From NCBI GenBank assembly GCA_030950645.1, contig JAUZRF010000052.1, positions 6,427-70,426 of the forward strand: a stretch of DNA of 64,000 bases, in the 5' to 3' direction. Shown here piece after piece: positions 9,060-17,390 of the stretch (position 1 is the stretch's first letter; each line of letters begins with the position of its first letter). The stretch is from Mariprofundales bacterium. GTDB lineage: Bacteria; Pseudomonadota; Zetaproteobacteria; Mariprofundales; J009. The notes beneath the pieces were generated by a model. The model saw nothing but the letters and a program-made list of their open reading frames with translations, searched no databases and had not been told where the DNA came from. A program made the translations under genes and the position numbers.

Positions 9060-9208
9060 CTACTCAGCTCACTTCCGGTTTTCCCGATAGCGGCGTTGAA
9101 AAATGCTCATTTACAGTAGTAAACTCCGCTTTTTCGCCTTGCTATCAGGAAAACCGGAAGCAATCTGAGCAGTTACAGCCATTTTTGGGTAGGGTGCTGA
9201 GTAGTTAC
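9056..9208 (+). mobile_element. MITE-like palindromic element, long form (copy B, 153 bp) with 8-bp TSD GATACGGT
   Basis: The termini are GTAACTACTCAG and CTGAGTAGTTAC. Imperfect inverted arms of about 36 bp enclose a core that pairs almost to its centre. There is an extra 3' module (agccatttttgggtagggtg plus a third 12-mer). Identical GATACGGT is found at 9048-9055 and 9209-9216. Confidence 0.9.
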
Positions 9209-9228
9209 GATACGGTTAAGGAGCAGCG

Positions 9229-10014
9229 ATGAGTCGTCCACCAATTTCGGCCTATATCATGACATTCAATGAGGCGGAGAAGATTGTTGATGCCATCGCC
9301 AGTGTGCGCTGGGCGGATGAGGTGGTGGTGATCGACTCCTTTAGCACCGATGGCACCGATCGCATCGCAGAGGAGATGGGGGCGCGGGTGGAGTCGGTGC
9401 CGTTTCATACCTTTGGCCAGATTCGCAACACGGCGATGGATGCCTGCCGTCATGATTGGATCTTCAGCCTTGATGCCGATGAGCGTTGCACCCGGTCGGC
9501 AGCCGAGGAGATTCAACGCACGGTGGATCTGCCGGATGCTGTTGATGCCTACTTTATACCTCGCCGCAACTGGTATTTGGGGCGTTGGGTGATGCATTCG
9601 GGCTGGTACCCGGACTACCGTCAGCCGCAACTGTTTCGCCGTGGTGCGCTTGCATTCGACTCTCAGGCGGAGGTGCATGAGGAGTACACCATTCAGGGCA
9701 CGGTGGGGTATCTAACGCAGGATATTATTCAGTTTCCCTACATGAACATCGAGCAGATGGTGCACAAGATGCAGCGTTACTCGACGCTGGGGGCGGAGAA
9801 GTGTGACCGTCAGGGTAAGCAGGGCGGTATTGGTAAAGGGTTGCTGCATGGGCTATGGAGTTTTTTCCGCCATTATGTGATCAAACTGGGGTTTCTTGAT
9901 GGCCGTGCCGGGTTGATGATTGCCGTGGGCAACTTTGAGGGCACCTTCTACCGCTATGCCAAATTGGCTGCCAGACAACAAAACTGGCTGAAAAAACCCC
10001 CATCGCACCCATAA
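9229..10014 (+). CDS. Glycosyltransferase family 2
   Basis: N-terminal GT2 signature ISAYIMTFNEAEKIVDAIASVRWADEVVVIDSFSTDGT and a DAD motif (SLDADE). AAGGAG lies 7 nt upstream of the ATG. Confidence 0.85.
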   Translation: MSRPPISAYIMTFNEAEKIVDAIASVRWADEVVVIDSFSTDGTDRIAEEMGARVESVPFHTFGQIRNTAMDACRHDWIFSLDADERCTRSAAEEIQRTVDLPDAVDAYFIPRRNWYLGRWVMHSGWYPDYRQPQLFRRGALAFDSQAEVHEEYTIQGTVGYLTQDIIQFPYMNIEQMVHKMQRYSTLGAEKCDRQGKQGGIGKGLLHGLWSFFRHYVIKLGFLDGRAGLMIAVGNFEGTFYRYAKLAARQQNWLKKPPSHP

Positions 10015-10017
10015 ACA

Positions 10018-10908
10018 ATGCGCGAAACAAGCCCTGACCCCATCGCACCCGACCACATTGATTCACGGCAAGTTGCGCGTGCATTTGATCAGGCGGCTGG
10101 GGGCTATGAGCAATTTGCCGCATTGCAGCAGGAGGTGGCGGATCGTCTGGATGCGCACCTCAACTTCACCAAAATCACCCCCCATCGTATGCTCGATATC
10201 GGCTGTGGCACTGGTTTTTTGAGCGGGCGGCTGCGCCAGCGTTTTCCTAAGGCCGATCTGTTGGCGCTCGATGTGGCACCTGCTATGTGCGCGCTGTGCC
10301 AGCGCAGCTTGGGCAAGCGGAGGCTACCGTGGCAGCCGCGACGGATGGTGGTGGCTGGGGATGCGCGCTATCTGCCGATGGCATCGGGCAGTTGTGATCT
10401 GGTTGCCTCTAGCCTGACCATGCAGTGGCTGCCAGACCCAGTGGCGATGTTGCGGGAGATGCGTCGGGTGTTGGCTCCCGATGGTCTGCTGCTTTTTTCT
10501 ACCTTTGGTCGGCGCACCTTGGATATGCTGCGTCGCACCCTAGCTTCGATTGCACCGGAGCATGCGGGACGGGTGTTGCCATTCTCGGATGTGATGCGTT
10601 TAGGCGACGCCTTGCAGCGGCAGGCGGTGCAATTGCCAGTGACCGATAGCGATTTGATGACTCTGACCTATCCCGATATCACCGCATTGGTGCGTGAACT
10701 TAAGGGGATGGGAGCCTCCGCCAGTGCGATCCGCCATCGCCAGGGGGGGCTAGGTGGCCGCAAACTGTTGCGCCAGCTAGCGGAAGCCTATCCTATTGAT
10801 AGTGATGGCCGCATCCACGCCACCTTTGAGGTGCTTTACGGCCAGGCCTGGCATAAGCCTGCTGAGTACCAGCATGGCGCCGGGGTGATTCCGATACTGG
10901 AGGAGTAG
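10018..10908 (+). CDS. bioC: Malonyl-ACP O-methyltransferase BioC-like SAM methyltransferase
   Basis: It begins like BioC (VARAFDQAAGGYEQFAALQQEVADRL). It has SAM motif I LDIGCGTGFLS and LTMQWLPDPVAMLREMRRVLAPDGLLLFSTFG. No other bio genes are adjacent. Confidence 0.7.
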   Translation: MRETSPDPIAPDHIDSRQVARAFDQAAGGYEQFAALQQEVADRLDAHLNFTKITPHRMLDIGCGTGFLSGRLRQRFPKADLLALDVAPAMCALCQRSLGKRRLPWQPRRMVVAGDARYLPMASGSCDLVASSLTMQWLPDPVAMLREMRRVLAPDGLLLFSTFGRRTLDMLRRTLASIAPEHAGRVLPFSDVMRLGDALQRQAVQLPVTDSDLMTLTYPDITALVRELKGMGASASAIRHRQGGLGGRKLLRQLAEAYPIDSDGRIHATFEVLYGQAWHKPAEYQHGAGVIPILEE

Positions 10909-10920
10909 GGAACGATGGGG

Positions 10921-13572
10921 TCAGGTGGCGTCAATGATCTCGCGCACCATGTGGCTTAGTCCTGGTATTGAATAGGGCTTCGATAGTACGGTGTACTCCT
11001 CTGAGGGCATCTCCTCGCCCAGCGCATGATCCCGATCATAGCCACTGACAAACAGCACCTTGGCGTTGGGGTCAATGCGCTGAATGCGCTCGGTGGCCTG
11101 TACTCCGCCCAGCCGTGGCATCACAATATCCATCATGATCATGGCGATTTCATGTTGGTGATCGGTAAATATCTTCACCGCCTCTAAGCCATCACTGGCT
11201 TCCAGCACGCGGTAATTCAAGCTCTCTAGCACATTCTTGCCGACCTCACGCACATTGGCGTTGTCGTCGACCAATAGAATCAGCTCACCATCGCCACATA
11301 CGGTATTATCACCATTGGTTACAGCGGCCTTGACCGTCTGCTTCTCTTCGATCAATGGTAGATAGATGTGAAATGCGGTGCCTTTACTGGGGGCACTCTT
11401 CACCGTCAGTATGCCACCATGGCTCTGCACCGCGCCATAAGCCATTGATAGCCCGAGACCGGTTCCCAACCCCACCTCTTTGGTGGTGTAGAACGGCTCA
11501 AAGATATGCTTCTGATCCTCATCACTGATGCCGCAGCCGTTATCGGCCACCATGATACATGCGAAATGGCGTCCCTTGAGATTAGGATGCGATGCGCAAA
11601 ACGCAGCATCAGACTCATATTTGGTTAATCGCACCGACACCTCGGGTGCTACCACATCGGTTAGTGCATCACGGGCGTTATTCATCAGATTCATCAACAG
11701 CTGCTGAATTTGGGTGGCATCGCCACGCACCGTAAGTTCATCGCTGCAGATATCCTTCTTGAGGGAGATCCTCTCTGGCATGGTCGTTGAACAGAGCTTG
11801 CAGACCTCACGCATGAACGACGCTAGGCCAAACGGTCGCATCTCCACGGTGCTTTTGCGTGCAAATGCCATCAGGTGCTTGATCATATCGCTAGCTTTTA
11901 GGCTCAGTTGCTCTATCCGTTCCAGTTTTTCGACCACCTTCGGCAGTGCTGAAGCTTGGCGTTTGGCCAGGTAGATGTTGCCAGTAATTCCAGACAGCAT
12001 ATTATTGAAGTCATGGGCGATGCCGCCAACCAATGTACCTAGCGCCTCCATCTTTTGCGCTTGACGGAACCGCTCTTCCAGCTCCTCATGCGCCGTCATA
12101 TCCTGTTGGATAGCGACATAATGGGTGATATGATGGTTGTCATCCATAATCGGAGCAATCGAGTTGATTGCTGGGTATTGGGTGCCATCCTTCCTCTTGT
12201 CCACTATCGTACTATGCCACGGCTCGCCGTTGATAATGGTTTTCCACATCTGTTCATAGAACTCTGGTGGCTGATTGCCACTTTTAAGGATTCTTGGGTT
12301 CTTACCCAGCGCCTCTTCCGCACTGTAACCGGTAATGGTGGTGAAGGCGGGATTGACATACTCAATCGTTCCCGACTTGTCGGTGATCATGATCGACTCC
12401 CCCGCTTGATCAACTGCTTGGGAGAGTATGCGTACCTTCTCTTGTTTTTGGTGATCCTTGGTTATATTGAACATAAATCCGGATATCCCTATCGGATCAC
12501 CCCTGCCCATAGTGACAGATACCCGCTCTTGAACCCAAACCGTTTCGCCATTCACTACCATGCGATACTCAAATACATGGGGTTGACCAAGTGCGGTTTG
12601 GTCTTGGCAATAGCGAACGGCATGTTCCCGATCCTCGGGGTGTATCAGAGCCTCCCAATCCTCCATGGTACGCAACGCACTTTTGGAGAATCCCAGCACC
12701 TTCATTACCTGATCCCCGACATAAGTAAAGCGATTGCCCACTAGGTCAAATGACCAGGGAACAGCCTCAACCGATTGGGTAAGCAGTTGAAACTTTTCCT
12801 GTGATTGCTTTCTGGCCGTAATGTCAGAGGCGGTTGAAGCCCAGCGTGAAACCGCTCCTGTCGCATAGCGTATAGGAAAGCAGCGCAGCATGACCCAGCC
12901 GATACCACCGTCGGACCGAACGGTGCGGAATTCAGCCTCCATGCTCTCGCTATCACCACGGTAGTAGGCTTGTGTCAGCTGCGCTAACTGCGGCCGATCC
13001 TCTGGATGGACGCAATCCATCCATGCCAGTGGATTGTTGCGTAGGTCATCATCACATTGACCAAACAGTGGCTGGTAGCGGTCGTTGGTAAACAGCAACA
13101 CATCGTTGTCCGCGTTCATCAGCCAGAAGGCATCGGGGGAGGCATTGAATATCTGACGCAACCGGCGCTCACTGGCGCGTAGATCGTGGGCGGCTTGCCA
13201 CTGCGCAATCAGGTTGCGCACCCGATTGCGCAGCACTGCCCAGTGAATCGGCTTGTTGATGTAATCGCTAGCACCTGCCTGGTAGCATTGATCTACCATC
13301 GCGTCGCCCTCTTGCGCCGTCATCATGATCACCGGCACGGAGTTGCCGTTGTCACGCAATCTGCGACATACCTCCAGTCCGTCCATGTTGGGCATGGAGA
13401 GATCCATCAACACACAACTCGGTTGGCACTGTTTCACCAGCGCCAACCCAGACTCCCCATTGTCAGCCTGTGCTACCTGGTAGCCATTTTTGTCAAAGAA
13501 CTGCTCTAGCATTAGGCGGATTACGGGATCATCATCGACCACAAGTACTGTGATTTTTTCATCTGCATTCAT
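10921..13572 (-). CDS. Hybrid sensor histidine kinase / response regulator (REC-PAS-PAS-PAS-HisKA-HATPase-REC)
   Basis: N-terminal receiver (VLVVDDDPVIRLML...MDLSMPNMDG), PAS-like repeats, H-box GGIAHDFNNMLSGI, G-boxes (DNGCGI, GLGTGLGLSMAYG) and a C-terminal receiver (LLVDDNANVREV...MDIVMPRLGG). I prefer the ATG at 13572, which forms an ATGA overlap with the upstream kinase stop. The track start at 13593 is also possible. Confidence 0.85.
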   Translation of the reverse strand: MNADEKITVLVVDDDPVIRLMLEQFFDKNGYQVAQADNGESGLALVKQCQPSCVLMDLSMPNMDGLEVCRRLRDNGNSVPVIMMTAQEGDAMVDQCYQAGASDYINKPIHWAVLRNRVRNLIAQWQAAHDLRASERRLRQIFNASPDAFWLMNADNDVLLFTNDRYQPLFGQCDDDLRNNPLAWMDCVHPEDRPQLAQLTQAYYRGDSESMEAEFRTVRSDGGIGWVMLRCFPIRYATGAVSRWASTASDITARKQSQEKFQLLTQSVEAVPWSFDLVGNRFTYVGDQVMKVLGFSKSALRTMEDWEALIHPEDREHAVRYCQDQTALGQPHVFEYRMVVNGETVWVQERVSVTMGRGDPIGISGFMFNITKDHQKQEKVRILSQAVDQAGESIMITDKSGTIEYVNPAFTTITGYSAEEALGKNPRILKSGNQPPEFYEQMWKTIINGEPWHSTIVDKRKDGTQYPAINSIAPIMDDNHHITHYVAIQQDMTAHEELEERFRQAQKMEALGTLVGGIAHDFNNMLSGITGNIYLAKRQASALPKVVEKLERIEQLSLKASDMIKHLMAFARKSTVEMRPFGLASFMREVCKLCSTTMPERISLKKDICSDELTVRGDATQIQQLLMNLMNNARDALTDVVAPEVSVRLTKYESDAAFCASHPNLKGRHFACIMVADNGCGISDEDQKHIFEPFYTTKEVGLGTGLGLSMAYGAVQSHGGILTVKSAPSKGTAFHIYLPLIEEKQTVKAAVTNGDNTVCGDGELILLVDDNANVREVGKNVLESLNYRVLEASDGLEAVKIFTDHQHEIAMIMMDIVMPRLGGVQATERIQRIDPNAKVLFVSGYDRDHALGEEMPSEEYTVLSKPYSIPGLSHMVREIIDAT

Positions 13573-16500
13573 GTGCGCACCTCCTCCAGCCATGACTCAC
13601 TAAGTGATTGTAATAACAGCGTCTTTTCATTAGTCAGTGCCTGCGACCAGATGGCTGTATTCAGGCTTTCCATCGTCTCTGTTGCCACCTCCAGTTTGGC
13701 GCATTGCTCCCCTAGCGCCAGCGCGCCGATATTGCGGCTGGTGCCTTTGAGGCGGTGCGCGGCAGCCCGCAATGCGACACCATTACCCTGCTGCAATAGC
13801 CCAATGATGCTTTCAATTTGCTCAGGCAATTCACGGGCATACATATCGAGAATGGTACCGATGCCCCCTCCCATATCGACATGCAGGCGGCGCAGCACCT
13901 CGGCATCCAGGGTAGGAAGGTGATCTTCACGCGCTTGCGGAGGGGGTGCTGCCTCCTCCAGATCGAACGCGACATCAAGCGGAAGCCAAAGATTCAGCAC
14001 CTCGGCCAGTTTTTTGCCCGTTAGGGGCTTGGCCATCAGGTCATCCATCCCCATAGCTAGGCTTCGTGCCTTCTCCTCGGCAAAGACATGGGCGGTCAGG
14101 GCGATGATCGGCGTATGCACACCCCCCTTTTGCTCAAGCTCCATGGCGCGTATTCTCTGCACCGCCTCATAGCCATCCATCTTCGGCATCTGCAGATCCA
14201 TCAGCACCAATGCGTATTTTCCACAGGAAAAATGGTTCACCGCCTCGACACCATTGTTGGCGATATCTACCCGTGCAAAGCCCAGCTTCTTCAACATGCC
14301 GATGGCGACCTGTTGGTTCACATCCACATCCTCTGCCAGCAGAATCCTTGCACTGCGCTCAGAACTAGCACCTTCATCTGCGGTTGCCTTGATTGCGGAG
14401 AGGCTGTTGGGTGCCCCCATCACCGACAGAATCAGATTATAGAGTGCTGACTGATGGATCGGTTTGCGCAGGAAGGCATCCAGGCCATACTCTCCCTTCT
14501 TGCGGATATCATAGACATCATCGAGTGAGCTCAGCATGATCACCTTGAGGCTGGCGAATCTGGAATCCTGCTTGATGCGCTGTGCTAGCTCCATGCCATC
14601 CATCTCCGGCATCATGTGGTCGATCAGGGCGATGTGGTAGGGATCATCCCCGTCCACTTCGGCCTTAAGCCGTTCCAGCGCCAGCTGCCCGCCATCCACC
14701 GAGCCGTTGCGTATCCCCCAGGCGGACACCATGCGGTGTAACACTTCACGGTTGGTGGCGTTGTCATCCACCACCAGCACCCGCCACTGCCTAAATTGCT
14801 CGGCATGGAACATGGCGGCATCGGGCAGTGCTTCACCCAGCGGCAGGGTGATCTCAAACCAGAAACGGGAGCCTTTGCCCAGCTCACTCTCCACCATAAT
14901 CTCACCGTCCATCAGCGCCACCAGCTTGCGAGAGATCGACAGCCCCAGTCCGGTGCCGCCATACCTGCGGCTATGGGAGGCGTCCAGCTGGGAGAACTCG
15001 ATGAACAGCTTGTGCTGATCCTCCGTCCGAATGCCGATGCCACTATCCTGTACCGAAAAACGCAGCCGCATCCCCTCTGCCTCCTGATGGACGATCTCAA
15101 CCTGCAACAGCACCTCTCCATCTGCGGTGAACTTGATCGCATTGCTGAGCAGATTCATCAACACTTGACGCAGGCGGTCAGGATCCCCCACCACTTGACG
15201 CACCAGGGTGGGAATGGTGCTGCTGATCAGTTCGATCTCCTTACGGTGGGCCTCTTTGCTATAGAGTTTGGTGATCTGTTCCACCAGATCATTGGGCGAG
15301 AATTCGCACGCATTCAAGGAGAACTGTCCCGCCTCCATCTTGGAGAAATCGAGGATATCATTGAGGATGTTCAGCAGGGTCTCCCCTGAAGCATGAACCG
15401 TCTCTAGGGTATCGCGCTGTTGGGCGTTGAGCGGGGTATCCAGCACCAGCTCAGTCAGGCCGAGCACGCCGTTGAGTGGGGTGCGGATCTCATGGCTCAT
15501 GGTGGCGAGAAACTGGCTCTTGGCGACCGCAGCCTCTTGGGCTTGCACCAAGGCATCGGCAAGCTCCACATTCTGTTGCTCAAGATGGTGCTTGGTGATC
15601 TCCAGCTCAGTGGTGCGTTGGCTCACCTGCTGCTCCAGTATTATATTGGCGTGTAGCAACTCGGCTCTCGATGCGGTCAGTTTGTTCAGCATGTCGCGAA
15701 ATGCGGCACCAAGGGCGGTGATCTCATCATGCCCTTGCACGGGGATGTGGACATCATCAGCACCGGCACCGACCTGTTCGACCGCCCGCTGAAGATGGAT
15801 CAGCGGGCGCGTAACCCGGCGCACCACCACAAAGGTGGCCAGTGCCAGCAGTAGCGCCAATGCCAAGACAATCCACAGCAGCTGGTTGCGCAGGGCAAGC
15901 GATGTCTGGCGCAGTAAGGCCATCTGTTCCACGCCACCAATCATGAGATAGCGCTGGGGATGTTCGGGGTCAAAATGGATGTGGAACAGACTCAGGCCAA
16001 TCCTCTGCTGTGGTAGGTTGAAGGATTCCGGTCTGTTGGCGTCATTGGGAGCCATTTTCAGCAGCCAATTCTTGGCTAATCCGTGGAAGTCATCCTGAAC
16101 CCGCGCTTGCCGTTGATACTCAAAGGCCATCGCTTTTTTATCGTCAGGGTGAATCAGATAGTCGCCGCGTTCGTTGGCGATAAAGTAGAAGGTGCCCTCG
16201 GGCGCACGGCGCAGATTTGCCGTCATCGCCTTGAGGCTGACATTGATCACCAGCAAGGCAAACAGCTTGCCTTGGTGATCACGCAACGGGCTAACCACCC
16301 GCAGCATCGGGCGCGGCGGATCACTGATCTTGCCGTGTTCGCGGTTGAGGGTAATCTTGGAGAGGTAGACTTTGCCGGGGGCAAGTTTGATCCCCTGCTG
16401 AAAATAGGGCTGGTTCCCTTTCTGCTGCAACGCATGCTCCGGCGTTACCACAATCGAATGGCCGATGCGTGCAACACGGATCATCTCCCTGCCCCCATGA

Positions 16501-16886
16501 TCCAGACCGATGAGGCGTATCTGATAGTAGATATCACGCTGTTGCAGCACGGTAGCGAACAGGGAAGTTAGGCGTGACTTCCACGCTTCGATATCTTGCT
16601 GCTCATCAACGCCGCCATCGTTCAGCGCATGATCAATGCTTTGAATCGATGATGACGCGACGAGAAACTTCTCATCTACGCGGATGGTTCGCAGGGTATG
16701 TTTCAGCACGGCTGTTTCGCGCGCTACGCTCTCTGATAGTGAGTGTAGCGCCTCTTGTTGCAACACATCTTTGGAGTAATTGTAGGCAATCAAGGCCACG
16801 CCAACCACGCCAATCAGGGTCAGCACCAGTGAAAGGAGTGCGATCTTGACTGGCAGGGTGACATTCATGTTTGGGTTTCTATTCAA
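13569..16886 (-). CDS. Hybrid sensor histidine kinase (TM-periplasmic sensor-TM-HAMP-HisKA-HATPase-REC-REC-Hpt)
   Basis: 1105 aa. Two TM segments flank a sensor domain of about 300 aa. It has a HAMP-like linker, H-box MSHEIRTPLNGVLG, GTGLGLSISRKL, two receivers (VLVVDDNATNREV..DHMMPEMDG; ILLAEDVDVNQQV..MDLQMPKMDG) and a C-terminal Hpt motif AAHRLKGTSRNIGA. Confidence 0.88.
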   Translation of the reverse strand: MNRNPNMNVTLPVKIALLSLVLTLIGVVGVALIAYNYSKDVLQQEALHSLSESVARETAVLKHTLRTIRVDEKFLVASSSIQSIDHALNDGGVDEQQDIEAWKSRLTSLFATVLQQRDIYYQIRLIGLDHGGREMIRVARIGHSIVVTPEHALQQKGNQPYFQQGIKLAPGKVYLSKITLNREHGKISDPPRPMLRVVSPLRDHQGKLFALLVINVSLKAMTANLRRAPEGTFYFIANERGDYLIHPDDKKAMAFEYQRQARVQDDFHGLAKNWLLKMAPNDANRPESFNLPQQRIGLSLFHIHFDPEHPQRYLMIGGVEQMALLRQTSLALRNQLLWIVLALALLLALATFVVVRRVTRPLIHLQRAVEQVGAGADDVHIPVQGHDEITALGAAFRDMLNKLTASRAELLHANIILEQQVSQRTTELEITKHHLEQQNVELADALVQAQEAAVAKSQFLATMSHEIRTPLNGVLGLTELVLDTPLNAQQRDTLETVHASGETLLNILNDILDFSKMEAGQFSLNACEFSPNDLVEQITKLYSKEAHRKEIELISSTIPTLVRQVVGDPDRLRQVLMNLLSNAIKFTADGEVLLQVEIVHQEAEGMRLRFSVQDSGIGIRTEDQHKLFIEFSQLDASHSRRYGGTGLGLSISRKLVALMDGEIMVESELGKGSRFWFEITLPLGEALPDAAMFHAEQFRQWRVLVVDDNATNREVLHRMVSAWGIRNGSVDGGQLALERLKAEVDGDDPYHIALIDHMMPEMDGMELAQRIKQDSRFASLKVIMLSSLDDVYDIRKKGEYGLDAFLRKPIHQSALYNLILSVMGAPNSLSAIKATADEGASSERSARILLAEDVDVNQQVAIGMLKKLGFARVDIANNGVEAVNHFSCGKYALVLMDLQMPKMDGYEAVQRIRAMELEQKGGVHTPIIALTAHVFAEEKARSLAMGMDDLMAKPLTGKKLAEVLNLWLPLDVAFDLEEAAPPPQAREDHLPTLDAEVLRRLHVDMGGGIGTILDMYARELPEQIESIIGLLQQGNGVALRAAAHRLKGTSRNIGALALGEQCAKLEVATETMESLNTAIWSQALTNEKTLLLQSLSESWLEEVRT

Positions 16887-16918
16887 AATTGCCTCCCAGC
16901 AGTTGCCATTGATGTTCG

Positions 16919-16977
16919 GTAATTACGCAGCTCACGCCTTGCCATCAGCAAAACCGGAAGCGATCTGAGTAGTATAC
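16919..16977 (+). repeat. MITE-family remnant (copy G) with internal deletion
   Basis: gtaattacgcagctcac is joined directly to gccttgccatcagcaaaaccggaagcgatctgagtagtatac (left terminus plus right arm). The flanks gatgttcg and gatgtaac share GATGT. Confidence 0.7.
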
Positions 16978-17067
16978 GATGTAACCAAGGAGCGAACTCT
17001 TGCCACGGCATTGACACACCAACACTCCTGAGGGGCGCGCATCTGCACCTAGTAGGGCGCAGATGCG

Positions 17068-17256
17068 TCAGCGGTTGCAGGTGTTGGCGTGGCCGTGATA
17101 CTCTACGGGGAGGATCACGCCATTCAGTAAGATCAGTAGATCCACCTCCATGCCATCCTTGGTGCGCCAATAGTAGCGATCGACCCTGTTGCCAATATGG
17201 GTGAAGGCTTTTAGTGCTTGATATAAAGGGTGTTGGAGTGATCGTGGCAAGTACAT
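17068..17256 (-). pseudogene. C-terminal fragment of a DUF4143-type AAA ATPase gene
   Basis: The 62-aa ORF contains RYYWRTKDGMEVDLLI...LPVEY, which resembles the C-terminal DUF4143 region (YWRT..G.EVDF...IP.E) of ATPases of about 400 aa. The N-terminal about 85 percent is absent, and the ORF is flanked by degenerate repeats. Confidence 0.5.
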
Positions 17257-17261
17257 GCTGT

Positions 17262-17286
17262 AAAACTAAAATTGAATTTTAGTTTT
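17262..17286. repeat. Perfect AT-rich palindrome AAAACTAAAAT-tga-ATTTTAGTTTT
   Basis: Read directly from the sequence. It has 11-bp perfect inverted arms with a 3-nt spacer, directly upstream of the gene fragment on the minus strand. Confidence 0.8.
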
Positions 17287-17307
17287 GTCAATCCGGCTGC
17301 GAATGGC

Positions 17308-17390
17308 ACCACTTTTTCGCCTTGTTATCAGGATAATCATAATAACTCTAAGTAGTTGCACTCATTTTTTGGTAAAATGCTGAGTAATTA
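17308..17390 (+). repeat. MITE-family remnant (copy H): degenerate right half plus long-form tail
   Basis: actttttcgccttgttatcagg...taactctaagtagttgcactcattttttggtaaaatgctgagtaatta aligns with the right arm and tail of copy B. The element end overlaps the first ATG of the mfd ORF. Confidence 0.65.

Noticed and set aside
8984-9232. 82-aa ORF reading through the 153-bp element
   Set aside because: It is made almost entirely of repeat sequence (copy B) and out-of-frame gene ends. Other copies of the element do not preserve the frame.
12055-12744. 229-aa plus-strand ORF
   Set aside because: It is antisense to the PAS region of the minus-strand hybrid kinase and has no recognisable domain.
17303-17320. 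TGGCACcacttTTTCGcc, resembling a sigma-54 -24/-12 promoter upstream of mfd
   Set aside because: The -12 element is TTTCG rather than TTGC. The string belongs to the degenerate repeat copy H, and mfd is not an expected RpoN target.
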